From contig CP158636.1 of NCBI GenBank assembly GCA_050273025.1, forward strand, positions 4,340,001 through 4,404,000: a stretch of 64,000 nt of DNA, written 5' to 3'. The position numbers were made by a program, and so were the translations under genes. How positions within the stretch are numbered: the stretch's first letter is position 1; each line of letters opens with the position of its first letter. A model generated the notes under the pieces. The model had not been told where the DNA came from and did no database searches. It saw only the letters and a list, made by a program, of their open reading frames with translations. Below are positions 1 through 13,417 of this stretch, piece by piece. This DNA comes from Cenococcum geophilum. Taxonomy: Eukaryota.

Positions 1-268
1 TTCTCTTATATATTTCCCTAAATTAAACTATGCCTATAAGGGTATATCGGAGTTTAGATTACTTTTTAGCTCTCTTAGTATAAGTATATACGACTAATAG
101 CATTAAGAGCTTTTGCTAGCTATTAGATTATCTATAAAACCAATATCTAGTTTTTGCTTTGCTGTAGACCCTTATAAGGGCTGCTTAGTATATACGATAA
201 GCGTTTATTATATCTTTAGGGCGGACTCGTGCTCCTCTATAAAGCCTAAAATTAATTTAATTAGGCTA
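1..268 (-). pseudogene. FunK1/Sgk2-like fungal kinase pseudogene, downstream part (continues beyond the left edge)
   Basis: Minus strand reads ..PL*GSTAKQKLDIGFIDN..YILILRELKSN..A*FNLGKYIRE, matching the recalled family motif GSTAxRKLDIGF..WSxILVPGELKSN..WxDLGxY. It joins in frame to 2794-3529 once the TIR element and one TA copy are removed. Confidence 0.8.
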
Positions 269-707
269 TATCAGGAAAATTTTTTTCGGGCTCGTTGTTG
301 CAGTTTGCGGCAATTTACGGCAAACTGTACGGTCGCGGCAGTCGTATATAGTCTTATGCGGTTTACGCATTTTGCGGCAAACTACATAGAGCCTGCGTAT
401 TTTATAGCAACTTACAGCAAACTGCATAGAGCCTACGCATTTTATAGCAACTTGCAGCAAACGCGCAGAGCCTATATATTTTACACGTTTTGTATATTTT
501 ATATATTTTATATATTTTGCACATTTTGCATATTTTATACATTTTATATTTTGCATATTTTATATTCCTATATAACTATATAAAATGTAGAGCTATTTAT
601 TAAGCAATTAAGATAAGGGGAATACCCTTTACAAAGGCTCTAAATCATTAATTGGCGGTATTCCTAACGATCTACTGGCTATGTACCGATTTCCTAACTA
701 GGCCTAG

Positions 708-966
708 TGCCTGCCTGCCTGCCTACCTGCCTGCCTGCCTACCTACCTGTCTGTCTGTCTATCTGTCTATACCTGCCTATGCCTACCTGCCTATGCCTAC
801 TGTCTATACCTACTATCTGTGCCTACCTGTCTATGCCTACTGTCTATGCCTACCTGTCTATACTTACCTATCTATACTACCTGTCTATGCCTACCTGTCT
901 ATACCTACCGTCTGTGCCTACCGTCTGTGCCTCCTATCTATGCTACTGTCTATACCTACCTGTCTG
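708..966. repeat. Degenerate CTGCCTAC/CTGTCTATGCCTAC tandem array
   Basis: Directly visible. The homologous array is inverted at 16793-17050. Confidence 0.9.
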
Positions 967-1284
967 TAATTTAGGGGAAAGGTCGGCCCGATCGAAGGCT
1001 CCGCCTGATTTGATTAATTAATTAATCATATTAATTCAAATCGTTCTCTACGGCCGTTCGCTGGCTGTATATTCGAACGGTGGTCGTCTAGCTCTAGCGA
1101 CGGTCGACGGTCGTCTGGTTCTGGCGACGGTCCTCAGCTAGCTGCCGTTCTGGTGCCTCCCTAGGTAGGGAGGATATAAGGAAGGAAGGGTAAAAAATAA
1201 GGTGGCTACCTAGGTATATAGATAAGGGGTACACTTGGCAGAGGCACATATAGAGGCTATCGGGAATATAGCGGGGACCCGATG

Positions 1285-2592
1285 CAGAGCTTCGTGTAGA
1301 GCCTCCGTATGTCGCGCAAAGCCTCATACAGAGCCTCTATACGTAGAGCTTCGTGTAGAGCTTCGTGCAGAGCTTCGTATAGAGCCTCCGTATGTAGAGC
1401 TTCACGCAAAGCCTCGTGCAGAGCCTCTATACGTAGAGCTTCGTGTAGAGCCTTATGTAGAGCTTCGTGCAGAGCTTCGTGTAGAGCCTCATGCAGAGCC
1501 TTATGCAAAGCTTCGTGTAGAGCTTCGTGTAGAGCCTCGCGCAAAGCTTCGTACAGAGCTTTGTGTAGAGCTTCGTGTAGAGCTTCGTGCAGAGCTTCGT
1601 GTAGAGCTTCGTGCAGAGCCTCGTGTAGAGCTTCGTGCAGAGCCTCGTACAGAGCCTCTATACGCAGAGCTTCGTATAGAGCCTCGTGTAGAGCCTCGTG
1701 CAAAGCTTTGTGCAGAGCTTCGTGTAGAGCTTCGTGCAGAGCTTCGTGTAGAGCTTCGTGTAAAGCTTCGTGTAGAGCTTCGTACAGAGCCTCGTGTAGA
1801 GCTTCGTGCAGAGCCTCGTACAGAGCCTCTATACGCAGAGCTTCGTATAGAGCTCCGTACAGAGCTTCGTGCAGAGCTTCGTGTAGAGCCTCATGCAGAG
1901 CCTTGTGCAAAGCTTCATATAGAGCTTCGTGTAGAGCCTCGCGCAAAGCTTCGTGCAGAGCTTTGTGTAGAGCTTCGTATAGAGCTTCGTGTAGAGCTTT
2001 ATGCAAAGCTTCGTACAGAGCTTCGTGTAGAGCTTCGTGCAGAGCCTCGTGTAGAGCTTCGTGTAAAGCTTTATGCAGAGCTTCGTATAGAGCTTCGTAT
2101 AGAGCTTCGTATAGAGCTTCGTGTAGAGCTTCGTGTAGAGCTTCGTATAAAGCTTCGTGTAGAGCTTCGTATAGAGCTTCGTGTAGAGCTTCGTGTAGAG
2201 CTTCGTGTAGAGCCTCGTGTAGAGCTTCGTGCAAAGCTTCGTGTAGAGCTTCGTGCAAAGCTTCGTGTAGAGCTTCGTACAGAGCCTCGTGTAGAGCTTC
2301 GTGCAAAGCTTCGTGTAGAGCTTCGTGCAGAGCCTCGTGTAGAGCTTCGTACAGAGCCTTATACAGAGCCTCTATACGCAGAGCTTCGTATAGAGCTTCG
2401 TGCAGAGCTTCGTGCAGAGCTTCGTGTAGAGCTTTGTGCAGAGCCTCGTGCAGAGCTTCGTACAGAGCTTCGTGCAGAGCTTCGTGTAGAGCTTTATGCA
2501 GAGCCTCGTACAGAGCTTCGTGCAGAGCTTCGTATAAAGCTTTATGCAGAGCTTCGTGCAGAGCTTTGTGTAGAGCTTCGTGTAGAGCTTTA
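1285..2592. repeat. 12-bp minisatellite (GAGCTTCGTGCA) with occasional 15-bp variants, about 100 units
   Basis: Directly visible. It generates the spurious ELRA/HEAL/RASC ORFs. Confidence 0.97.
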
Positions 2593-2793
2593 TAGTATTT
2601 TTGTTGCGTTTTTATTGCAGCCGAAAATTAGGGTCTACTTAAGTCGCAATTTACGGCGATTTACATAGGTAGCCTATGTATTTGTAGCAAATCGCCGCAA
2701 GTTACCGCAAATCGCTAAAATCGCGACTTACGCAGGTTTTGCAGACCCCGATTTTCGCTTGCGACAACGTGCCCAAAAAAAAATTTCCTAATG

Positions 2794-3529
2794 TACTAAA
2801 CCACTCTAGGACATTATCTTACTCTACGCTTTTAGGCCAGTTACACTAGCCGCCCTTAGCGTATAGTAGATTATTCCCTTCCTTACATTTCTTAAAAACG
2901 GCAGCGCTTACCTCTTTAAGACCTTCTACTTCCTTAAAGAATGCTTTATAAAAGCTAGGAATCCCTATATAAAAAGGGCCTAGCTCCTCCTTTAGAATAT
3001 AATCTACGTATTCCCTACATTTAGACGAGTTAGTAAAGCTGCTTATATTGCGCAAATATAGGGTTTATTAAATATGGAGTGGTAGCGGTTAGGGGGGAGG
3101 CGTAAACTCTATTACAGTAGTAATAGTATTACTCCAAACGTCCTTATCTAATTCGCGATTAATAACTATTTTTAGGAGAGGGGTAAACCATTTAATATTA
3201 AAGTCGTTAGAATTAACTAAAGGGAGGAGTTAGAGAAGGTTACTATAAAGAGTGCCGCGGCTAGCGCTAAACGGGAGTAGTTAAGTAGCGAAAAGGTTCT
3301 GTAATGCTAGGATAAGGTTAACTATAAGATTTTTAAGCCCTATATATGTTAGAGAGAACCTATAACGGATAAATTAATAATTACCTTTATTGCCTATTTG
3401 GCGTAATAAGTCTAAAGAGCTAGGGATACCTAAATCCTAATAAGTTAAGTTAAATAAATTAAGAAAGCTATTTAGTCCTTCCCTAATAGGGTTTATTTTA
3501 ATTATCTCTAATTTAGAGAGATTCGCCAT
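2794..3529 (-). pseudogene. FunK1/Sgk2-like fungal kinase pseudogene, N-terminal part
   Basis: ATG at 3529 gives MANLSKLEIIKINPIREGLNSF. The ORF track gives RNISSFTNSSKCREYVDYILKEELGPFYIGIPSFYKAFF..AVFKKCKEG, matching the recalled family motif RNTSSFANSSEHRKYVDxVLKEELG. RIP stops are present. Confidence 0.8.
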
Positions 3530-4007
3530 TACAAGTAAACGCGCTAAAAGCTATATTAGGAGGATGGGTAGGTAGGTAGAAAGGGGAGGTCAAAGAGGCT
3601 AGTATATAAGGACGGTATAATAGCAAATAAATATAGGGAGGTTAAGAATACGTCAGGCGCGTCTTGCAATAAGGAAATAACTAGGAAGAAAAGTATAAGG
3701 AAGAAAGTAAGATGTAAGCGAACGCGAGGATTAAAGATTAGGTGTAGAAAAGTTAAGCCAACCTAATATAGCTTAGATTAAGGCTTTATAGAGCTTAGTT
3801 AAAATACTAAGCCATAATATAAGGAGGCAGCGTTTTCTAGTCTATAATTATTAGTTTTAGTTTATTTCGTAACGCGTAAGGCTTATATAGCAAGACTAAA
3901 GAGGAGCTCTTATCTCTTATCCTACCTATTACCCCTCCTAAACAAATTATAAAATTCTAGTCATTATGTCTATTCTATTAAATACTGTAATAGGATTAGA
4001 TAATAAC

Positions 4008-4199
4008 TGTTACGGAACCCCACCGCAGGGGCCTCCATAGGAGAGCCCCGTGCTCTCGCGTACACCTCGCGTACAGCTTATGTCAGCTACGCGTAGGTAT
4101 ATCACCTCCTTACGCCCTCGACCCTTACGATCGATCGCGCAACGTCTTGTAGACTCCTCGAATACATACGTCTTATAGCCACTGCCCCATCCCATAACA
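4008..4199 (+). repeat. 5' LTR of Gypsy A
   Basis: Direct repeat of 10160-10351, differing mostly by transitions. Confidence 0.97.
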
Positions 4200-4458
4200 T
4201 TATATTACGCCTTTTTACCACCAACACCTAGCCTACGACCAATTCTACGTCTTTGTAATACTATAGGCGCTGCTAGAAGCAGCGTGCCTATAAGTTACCT
4301 CACTTTATACTTCTAAGGAACCCACAATAGTAAGACAATATTTCTTACTAGCCACTATATTAAACCTAAAGAACAATCCAATACCTACACTTAACCTACA
4401 ACGCTAATTAATCCCAGGAGAATTCGATTTATTAGCCCTAGCCTTAACCCCTAAGGAG

Positions 4459-5916
4459 ATGGACACTAACAATATCTTATCTTTTATTAACTATATAACT
4501 ACGGACAAGTAAGCGGAAGGGCTACTACCTATTAAAATCAAAATATAAGACGCCGAGACGTTTATAAAAATGGTAGCATAAGAACCTAATAAATACTACC
4601 GCCTTTTATAGAACTACCACCTAAAGCTTACACAAGCCGAGATGCGTACTGCCTAAGATCGCGATATTATCCAAGACCTATAAGCTCGCGAGGCGCTCGC
4701 CAATAACACGCGTTAAGAAACCGAAGATAACCTCCATATATCTAAACGCGACGTCCAACAGTTAAAGAAGGCTAAGATTGTACTTATTGCTACGGTTACT
4801 AAAAGAAAAGGCACAATTAAATACCTACAATCTTAGCTTAATAAGCACATTCGTAATAACGCCAGACACCTCTCTACTGCATATAACGCCACTTAAGTCT
4901 CTACGCCCCTGGCAACTTCACCTACTTAACACTTAACAGAGGGTCAGCGCTAAGCAGCCTTACCTAATGGGAACCCCTACTAAAGCAACAATAAAAGCTA
5001 TAATAACTAAACCTAAGCTACTACCGTAGGGTCTAATACACGTTACCCTAATCCCCCAGTTTTCTAGAGAGACTATAAAGAATATAGCTACTAAAAGATA
5101 TAAATCCGCAAGAAACTAACTTAGAGTACCTGCCTTTTTCCTACGGAAGATACTAAGATTAGCTACATTATCAGGTAAATAAAGGGTACACCATTTAATA
5201 GACTCTTCGCCCGATAGGAGACCAATGGCCCCTAAAAGTGGTAGTCCTACTAAGAAGTCCTTAACAATCTTAACCTAATATACCGCGACTATAACCTACT
5301 GGCTACTAACCGAGCTAAACTACGTGCCCTAAAGATGAGCCCTACTAAATCATTCGACAAGTTCTATATTAAATTCTAGGAATATACCAAAGCCCTCACC
5401 CGAGACAATACTAAAGACCAGGAAGATCTCCTTAAAAAAATCACTTATCGCCTTAGTTACGCAGCCGCTAGCCACAACTACAATAATGTTTATAATATAG
5501 TAGCAGCTATACGGAAGATTAAACGACGACTAAATTAGATCACTACTACAAACCCTTACCCAAAGACCTCCCTATAGAAGCCCTCCGGACCTACTAAACT
5601 ACCGACGCCTACTACCCCAAGCAATACTACTAGTCCTAATATTGACCTTTCTATACCAACCTTCTTGTAGAAGCTACTAGATAGAGAACGCGAGCTACTC
5701 CGGAAGCTAAAGCGTTGCTATAGATATTATTAAGAAGGCTATTACAGCTATAGCCTAAACTACCCAATAGCTAGGTTTAGTAGCCGCCGCCTAATACCTA
5801 ACCTAGTACCTCAAACACCAAATATATTACTATATGCTACTACCGTATAAGACAAAGACGTAGTAATAGCGGTAGAGTCAGATACGGAAACGGAAAACGC
5901 TAAGTCCCAGCCCTAA
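4459..5916 (+). pseudogene. gag: Gypsy A gag
   Basis: Degenerate frame with LPNPPVF..D motif and zinc-knuckle remnant near 5715-5765. Candidate -1 slippery site GGAAAAC near 5892. Boundaries are approximate. Confidence 0.7.
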
Positions 5917-8900
5917 GTCGTAGGTTGGGACGCCCTAATAATAAGGGGATCTATATATTAGCCTACTTAATAGATAACTTAGTAAAGATAAATGGACAAA
6001 AATAGATAGTTTTACCCGTAATAGGAACTACTGCTAAAAAATAATATAAAAGCCATTCTATGATTAATTGCGGAGCTACTAATAAATTTATAGATACCCA
6101 ATTCGTGCGTACTTATAACCTACCTACCTTACCTCTTACTAAAGCCCGCGCCCTATAACTCGCCGACGGTAGTTATACCGCATAGAAGATTACCTATATA
6201 GCATAACTCTACCTAGATATAAATGGGCACTAGGAAAAACTCTAGGCCTATATTACACCACTTACTAACTACCTTATTATCCTTAGAATAAACTAGCTCG
6301 AATAATATAACCCTACTATTAACTAGAAAAAGAGAGAAGTAACCTTTAACTCTAAATACTATAGAGAGACCTACCTAGGATATAGCCTAGCCGCCTCTAT
6401 CTACTCCCCAGGATACCAACCTAAGGAACCCCTTATTACCCTACCTATAACCAACTGCTACCACATAAGTGCCGCGGCCTTCTACCGTATAGCACGTAGG
6501 AAAGGCTAAACCGTTACTACAGCCTTTTAATTACAACTATATAAGCTTAATAAAGAATAGGACCACGTCCTCTATAGTAATAGGATAGATATAGTCGACC
6601 TCCTAGAAAACGATGCCCCCGTAAAACTCTACGGACTTTTACCTTTAGACTTTAAAAAGTTTATAAAGCTTAAAAAAGGACTTACCAATAAGGAACTCCG
6701 CAAGCTCCTCCCTAAAAAGTACCATAACTTTATTAACGTGTGCTTATAAAAGAGCGTAGATATACTCCCCCTATATTAACCTAATAACCATACCATTAAT
6801 ATTAAATAAGGAAAAACGCTACCCTATAAGAGACCTTACCTAATATTAAAAGACGAACTTCTAGTTGTTAAAAAGTATATTAATAAACACCTCGACAAAG
6901 GGTTTATTCGCCCTAGCATATCCCCAGTAGCCGCCCCTATCCTCCTTACTAAGAAGCTAAAAAGAGGTATTTAATTCTACGTTAACTATAGAGGACTTAA
7001 CGCTATTACGATTAAGAACCAATACCCCGTACCACTTATACGTAAGACTCTTAAGCGGCTTAGCCAAGCCAAAATCTATACTAAGCTCGATATTATCGCC
7101 GCCTTTAACCGCCTCTAAATATAAGAAGGTAATAAATAGAAAACCGCATTCGCATTGCGCTTTAGCCAATTCGAATATACCATTATACCCTTTAGCGTAT
7201 ATAACGGCCCAGGCAGCTTCTAAAGCTATATTAATAACGCCTTATAGGACTATCTTAACGACTTCTGCTCTGCGTACCTGGACGATATACTTATTTATAG
7301 CAATAACCCTTCTAAGCATACCGAGCATGTTCAAAAGGTCCTATAGCGCCTTAAAGACGTAGGACTTTATATTAATTTAAAGAAGTGCGAATTCTTAGTT
7401 ATAGAAGTAAAATACCTTAGACTAATTATTACTACTAAGGGTGTCTATATAGACCCCAAGAAGGTATATACAATTACCGAATAGCAAACCCTTAACTGCA
7501 TTAAAGACGTATAAGCTTTCCTCGGTTTCGCTAACTTCTATTAAAAATTCATATACAACTTTTTGGGTGTTGTAGTACTACTTATAGCAATAATGCGAAC
7601 AAAGGGCCTTTCCGCAAAAGAAAGAAAAACACATCTATGTTTTATCTGGACGCCTAAATGCGAGAAGGCGTTCCAAGACCTTAAAGATACTTTTACTAAA
7701 GCACCCATCCTAGCTCACTTTATACCAGGACAATAACTCTATCTTAAAACTGACTTCTTAGACCACGTTAACGCAGGCGTCCTCTCCCAGATAGGCGATA
7801 ACGGTCTCCTCCACCTAGTCGCATTCTATTCATCTAAGCTTATACTATAAGAATGTAACTACAAGATCTATAATAAAGAACTTCTTGCGATTATATAAGC
7901 GTTCAAGGAATTCTAACCGGAACTTTCCTTAGTAGAACCTAACTAGCCAACTAAAGTCCTTACGGATTATTGTAACCTTAAGTACTTTATAACTACAAAA
8001 CAGCTAAACTAATGCCAAGCACGCTAAAACGAGTTCCTCTCTAGTTTTAACTTTAAAATCGCATATAGGCTAGGAGTATAAGGTACTAAGCCTAATAGCC
8101 TAACACGCCGCTTATAAGACCTTCCTTAGTCTAAAGATAACCCCTATAACCAGTTCTAACAATAGACGATCCTAAAAGCACGGAATTTAGCCCCAGGTAT
8201 GCTACCTACAATAGAGCTAACTATACCTCAGCTCCACACCACAGAACTAGAATTACCTCCCGAAATCAACGAGCTTATTACTACGGCATATAACACCTCT
8301 GTTAACCCATTACTGCATTAACTTATTACCGCAAAGACCGCCAGCGCCCGTACGCTGCCGACTAAATTCCAAAGCTTAGGCCAGATTAATATAGCAGCCT
8401 TAGAAGTAAAAGAGAATAGGCTCTATTATAGAGGCCGTCTATTCATCCCTAACTTAGAAAATCTACAATGGCAACTAATCCAAATGGCCCACAACCTCTA
8501 ATTAAGCGGCCACCTAGGCAGAAGAGGAACCTATAAGCTTCTTAGCCGATACTACTTCTGGCCTAAAATAATAGACTTAGTCGAACGCTTTATAGGCGCC
8601 TACTACGGTTATAAGCGCGCTAAGGCCTTTAATATAAAGTACTAAGGACTACTACACCCTCTACTAGTACCTATACGACGATAGGCAGATATCGCCATAG
8701 ATTTCGTTATTAACCTACCACCCTATAAGCGATATAGCCGTACCTATAAGAACATCCTTATAATAATATGCCGACTTATAAAAGAGCGCCACTACGTCCT
8801 AACCGAAGGCGTAACCGTTAGCGACGTCACTAACGCCTTCCTCCGCGAAATCTACTGATTACATAGGTTACCTAACTTGATTACGTCCGACTAAGGCACA

Positions 8901-9872
8901 TAGTTCGGCTCTAATATATAGAGACGAATCTGCTAACGCCTTAGCATCTCCGTTAAGATGTCTACATCCTTCTACTATAAAACTGCTGGGCAACTAGAAA
9001 ACGCTAATGCTAGTATAAAAGCGTACCTATGACAGGTAGTCGCCTATAGTCAAGATAACTAGGTAGATTACCTCCCACTAGGTAAATTCGCAGCGAATAA
9101 TTATGTCTTAACTACTATAGGACTTACCCCGTTCTTCGCAAACAAGGGATATCACCCCTAATCCGGCATAGAACCACCAGAACCTATTAATAAGAAACTG
9201 CCATATAGAAAACGCCTTAAGATGCTACTTACCGACTAGTATATAGACCGTATAAAAAATCTACTCGACTACTATAAGGGAGAAATGGCCTGGGCTTAAG
9301 TAAAGTAGGCCTACTTCGCCAACCGTCATAGAACGCCACCACCGGAGATGCGTGTTGGCGACTAGGTATAGCTAAATACACGTAATATCTCTACGCAGAG
9401 GCCTATAAAGTCACTTAATTATAAGAACCTCGGCCCCTACCCAATTAAATAAGTCATTAATAGGGGAGCCGCATACAAGCTAGAGCTCCCACCTGCCCTA
9501 GCCACCCGCGGGATATAGCCTATATTTCACCTATAGCTACTACACCTTTATCAGCCTAACCCCTTACCGGGGCAGATACAGCTTAAACCCCTACTAGTAC
9601 TAATCCGAGATAAGAACGAAGACGAGAACCATAAGGAGTGGACCGTTAAACAAATTATTAACTCTAAATACTTTAGCAAAGGCAGAGGACAACGGCTCTA
9701 CTATAGAGCTATATACACAGGATTTAACATAGATCAGCTAGAATGGCAACCATAGGAAGACTTCAAAAATGCAAAGGATCTAATCAGCGACTTTCACCAC
9801 GCGAACCTATAGAAACCGGGCCTAAATAGAGATTTTATACCTAATCCTCTATAGAAGCCCTTATAGAGTTAA
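5900..9872 (+). pseudogene. pol: Gypsy A pol (PR-RT-RNaseH-IN-chromodomain)
   Basis: [53 protein letters not shown] motifs. Chromodomain EWTVKQII..EWQP at ~9636-9810. Confidence 0.92.
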
Positions 9873-10159
9873 ACCGTTATACATTACCATATAGGGGCAA
9901 ATTGCCGTTAAATTGCCGTCAAATTGCGGCAAAGTGCGATCACGTAACCAGAATATCGTTAAAATGTCCAGGAACTTCAACCGGCGGTTAAAGTTATCTA
10001 ATTGGTCGGATTCTTAGATGCCAAGCCTTATCACATAACGTTGTTTCAAGCCTTCAGCAATACCCCCCTTTCTTCTTTTCTATACCCTAAGTGTCCCTTC
10101 TACATATATATAGTAACCACAGCGTCGCCGGAGCTCCACCTCTATAGGAGGGGGGGTAG

Positions 10160-10351
10160 TGTCACGGAACCCCACCGCAGGGGCCTCCATAGGAGAGCCC
10201 CGTGCTCTCACATACACCTCGCGTACAGCTTATGTCAGCTACGCGTAGGTATATCACCTCCTTACGCCCTCGACCCTTACAATCGATCGCGTAACGTCTT
10301 GTAGACTCCTCAAATACATACATCTTGTAGCCACTGCCCCGTCCCGTGACA
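10160..10351 (+). repeat. 3' LTR of Gypsy A
   Basis: Direct repeat of 4008-4199, preceded by a PPT. Confidence 0.97.
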
Positions 10352-10409
10352 ATAACAGACTAAAGTGAAATAAAAAGTGGTAAAGAATAATAAGATAAGC
10401 GCGTAATAA

Positions 10410-12928
10410 CTAGGAAAAGGTCCTATATATACTAAGCGTATAGTTTTAAAGATGCATTTTATACTTAAGGGTTACTTCGCAAATATTATATCTAATCTTA
10501 CCCTGCTATAGAAGTTTGGAGAAATAACTACCTTGGAAATGTTTTATAACAGTAGCTAGAGTATAGAACTTATATATATACTTGCTAATTACAAGCTTTT
10601 TATTCCCAAGGTAGATAAAGTATATTTTTAGTCTTTTCTCCTTATATAAGGATAACCTTGCCCTCTCTAGCGCTTTAGCCGCTTCTAAAATCTTAGCATC
10701 TCCTTTAATCTTAACTTGGCCAAGGGCGATATCTATCCTAAACTATCTCTAGCGATGACTTAGCTAGTACACTCTACCCTCCTTAATATTATAGTAATCT
10801 ACGACCGTATTAATAGCATTATTACGTCTACGTATCTTATCTTCTAGTAACGTGCTAGGTAGCGTCATAATCACTTTAATAAGGCGTTTATATTTAACTG
10901 ATCTATTATTACTAGATTTTAAGGTTACTTTAATATCCTCGCTAAATGTAACCCCGGAAAGTTGCCGCTTAATATTAATTATAGCTTATTTATTATCCTA
11001 ATTCTTCTTAATATTTTCTAATAGCGCATTTCTTTAACGTTGCCTTTCATTTGTGATTTCTTAGCTAAGCTTTTAGTATTTTATGCTTTCTACGGTTTTA
11101 CGCTTAAGGCTAAGCTTTAGCTTATTTTGAACTTTAATTAAGGAACAAATACGCAGGTTCTTGTTTACCAATAAGGATTATTCTATTATTAGGTGCTATG
11201 GCCGCCGCGGGTTAATTAATCGGCTTATTTGGTATACTACTTTTATTAACTTTTCTTAAGGCTCTAAGCCTCGAACAATTGCCTATATATCTACGCCAAT
11301 ACGCTGTAGAAGGTAGTGCTTTAGGAATATTCAAGCGTCGGCATACTATATTATTAGGTTCCGGAGGGCGTCACTTACGTTACCTAGGTAGTATAGGCGT
11401 TAGAAAGGTTTTAGTAGAACTAGCTCTATATAATAGAACTTACTATTCTTATTAAATGCCTTACCTACGCCGTAATGGAGACTATATAGGCGCGCAACCT
11501 GCCGAAATCCTATAATTACGCCAAGGTCCTTAATCCAGGGCAAAAGAGTTAAGTATAGTAAAGGCTCGTTAAGTAAGACCTTATAGCCGTAGGGGGTTTT
11601 AATTAATCGCCGAAATACGGGGATATTATTTAGGTCTAAACGGAGTAGTAGCGGCAACTTGTTACGCCTAGGCTTAATATATAGCTTACTAAGCTGCTTT
11701 ACGGACGTTAGATTAGGGGGTGCAAAAGCTTAATCGGTAAAGAGAAGGCCTAGGAGAAAGACGTAAGGGCTAAGAATAAGTAAAGGGTTGAAGGTAATCT
11801 TAGGAATTGGGAAAGTATTACTAGTTCTCTATAAGTATAAGGTAAGAGGAATAGGGTAAAAAGAGAACGTACGCTTCTTTTATACTAAGATATTCCTTAG
11901 TGAATTCGAATATAAACTTAAGCACGATCTTATAAGGCCCGCCTTCTAGGTCGCAAATAAGTATAACTATTATATATCGGTAGCATAGATTAAGAAGAGC
12001 TTTAGGTCGGCTTGCAGTGCAAAAGCCTAGCTATAGCAAGAAATAGACTTATATTTAATATCGCCTAACTATATATCTCTTTCTTATTATAACTAAGTTA
12101 GTCTTAAGAACTAGGGCGAGATCCTCTATATCTATAATAGGCTTTTCTCACTTCTTATTACTTAAGCTATATTTCTTTACTAGTTTCCGAAGTACCTAAA
12201 AAAGATATTTTAGCTCCGCCTTACTTTGCTAGGCTAAAGGGTTAACTAGGAACGTAATTACCTTATATATCTAATAGGTTAATTTATTAGCAATTTTCCT
12301 ACTAGTTGCTCTCTTATATATAAGGCAATAGTACTTCTAGTATACACTAAGCGAGCTAGAAAGCTTTATCCCGCACTATTTCCTACCCCCCTTCCCTTGT
12401 TTCTAATTTAGGAGCTAGTTAAAAAAGCTATAAAGTAGCTAAAGCGAGAGGACTTGGTACGTTTTCTTAGGGTCTTTCCTTATATAGGTGTAGTATCTAG
12501 AAATGGTCAGCTCTAGGTTAAGCTTAAGAGAAAGCTATAGAATAGGTTATTACTTACTAATACTATTAATCTTTAATGTGGTTAAGGAGATTTGTACTGC
12601 TATTAGTGTAGTCCTACGTTATAAAATTAGATTTCTCAAACTCTTTTAACTGTTTGAGGTAGTATTTTAATAGATAATCTTAATCCTTATAAAGCTATGC
12701 TCGAGTAGGCGCTTTATAAGCATCGTTAGATTTAGCAATACTATTAGCGTTATAGTTAATGCCACTGTCGGCGTCGCAGTCGGCGTTACTATTAGTATCA
12801 CTATCGGCATTACTGTTAAAGACGGTCGGTTCTATCCCGTAGCTATTACCATCGCTATCCGTGTCCATATACTTATTATTAGTAACGCTAGACAATAAGC
12901 TGCAATCTAATAATTAAGCGCGCCGCAT
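10410..12928 (-). pseudogene. DUF3435 tyrosine recombinase (Starship captain-like) with C-terminal C2H2-like region, RIP-inactivated
   Basis: Translation shows FCTASRPKALL, FEFTKEYL, NTFPIPKITFNPLLILSPYVFLLGLLF, IPVFRR, QVARLYSLHYGVGKAFN, VSDALRNLII*YADA*IFLKHYL, and CxxC..H at the C-terminus. GT-AG introns at 12497-12557, 12196-12261, 11821-11872 and 11384-11443. Acidic N-terminus. Confidence 0.9.
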
Positions 12929-13417
12929 TCTAGGGAGCTAGAAGAAAACTTAGGGTAGTAGCAGTAGGAGGGACCTAGAGGGTAATAACGGCGGAAAGGA
13001 TTTAAAGAGTAATGTGGGGTTAAGGAGATGGGGGGGTAAAAAATAAGAGAAACGGGGCCTAAATTAAACGGATTAGAGGTGGGAGCTATAGAGTTATATA
13101 GCTTTAGCGCCAAGCGCGTAAAATATTATAGTCTACCTATTAAAAAGTAAGGGCATAGGGCGGTAAGCGAGAGGCTTAATATTAGACCGGTAAGCAAGAG
13201 GCTTAGGGCGGCGGGGAGTTTTAGCAACGCGACCTCTAAAAACGGCGACAGAACCCTCCAAAACCGGCAGTTAGATCTCCATTTTCTTTTTTAATAAAGT
13301 AAAATTCGGCCGTATATTTATACTAGGGAGTTAATTAGGAGCGCCTTTAAGGCAGTAGGCCTTCTCTCCCTTAACCCAAATCGAGCTCTTAATCGTTGCT
13401 CTACATAACCTTCCTCT

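Larger units (their letters stand above)
269..2793. mobile_element. Non-autonomous TIR element 1 (CATC...GATG-type ends, 2-bp TSD), filled with minisatellites
   Basis: The left end tatcaggaaaatttttttcgggctcgttgttgca is an imperfect inverted repeat of the right end tgcgacaacgtgcccaaaaaaaaatttcctaatg. TA flanks it at 267-268 and 2794-2795. Removal restores the kinase frame (W-F-S-S-L-I). No transposase is seen. Confidence 0.85.
4008..10351 (+). mobile_element. Full-length Ty3/Gypsy chromovirus LTR retrotransposon (family A), RIP-inactivated
   Basis: 192-bp LTRs (TG...CA) at 4008-4199 and 10160-10351. TSD ATAAC at 4003-4007 and 10352-10356. PPT at 10146-10159. Domain order is PR-RT(YLDD ~7215)-RH-IN-chromodomain. 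Confidence 0.97.

Noticed and set aside
113..1021. Short ORFs 113-583, 266-556, 652-969, 707-1021
   Set aside because: They span an insertion junction or low-complexity repeats and show no protein-like content.
1235..2668. 477-, 428- and 349-aa ORFs (ELRA/RASC/HEAL repeats)
   Set aside because: These are artefacts of a 12-bp tandem repeat that is stop-free in several frames on both strands. The second copy has a different array length.
269..2793. Tc1/mariner MITE assignment based on the TA TSD
   Set aside because: The related element at 15163-17369 has a verified TC TSD, so the duplication is not TA-specific.
10002..10304. 100-aa ORF
   Set aside because: It runs across the PPT and 3' LTR of Gypsy A, so it is a chance ORF.
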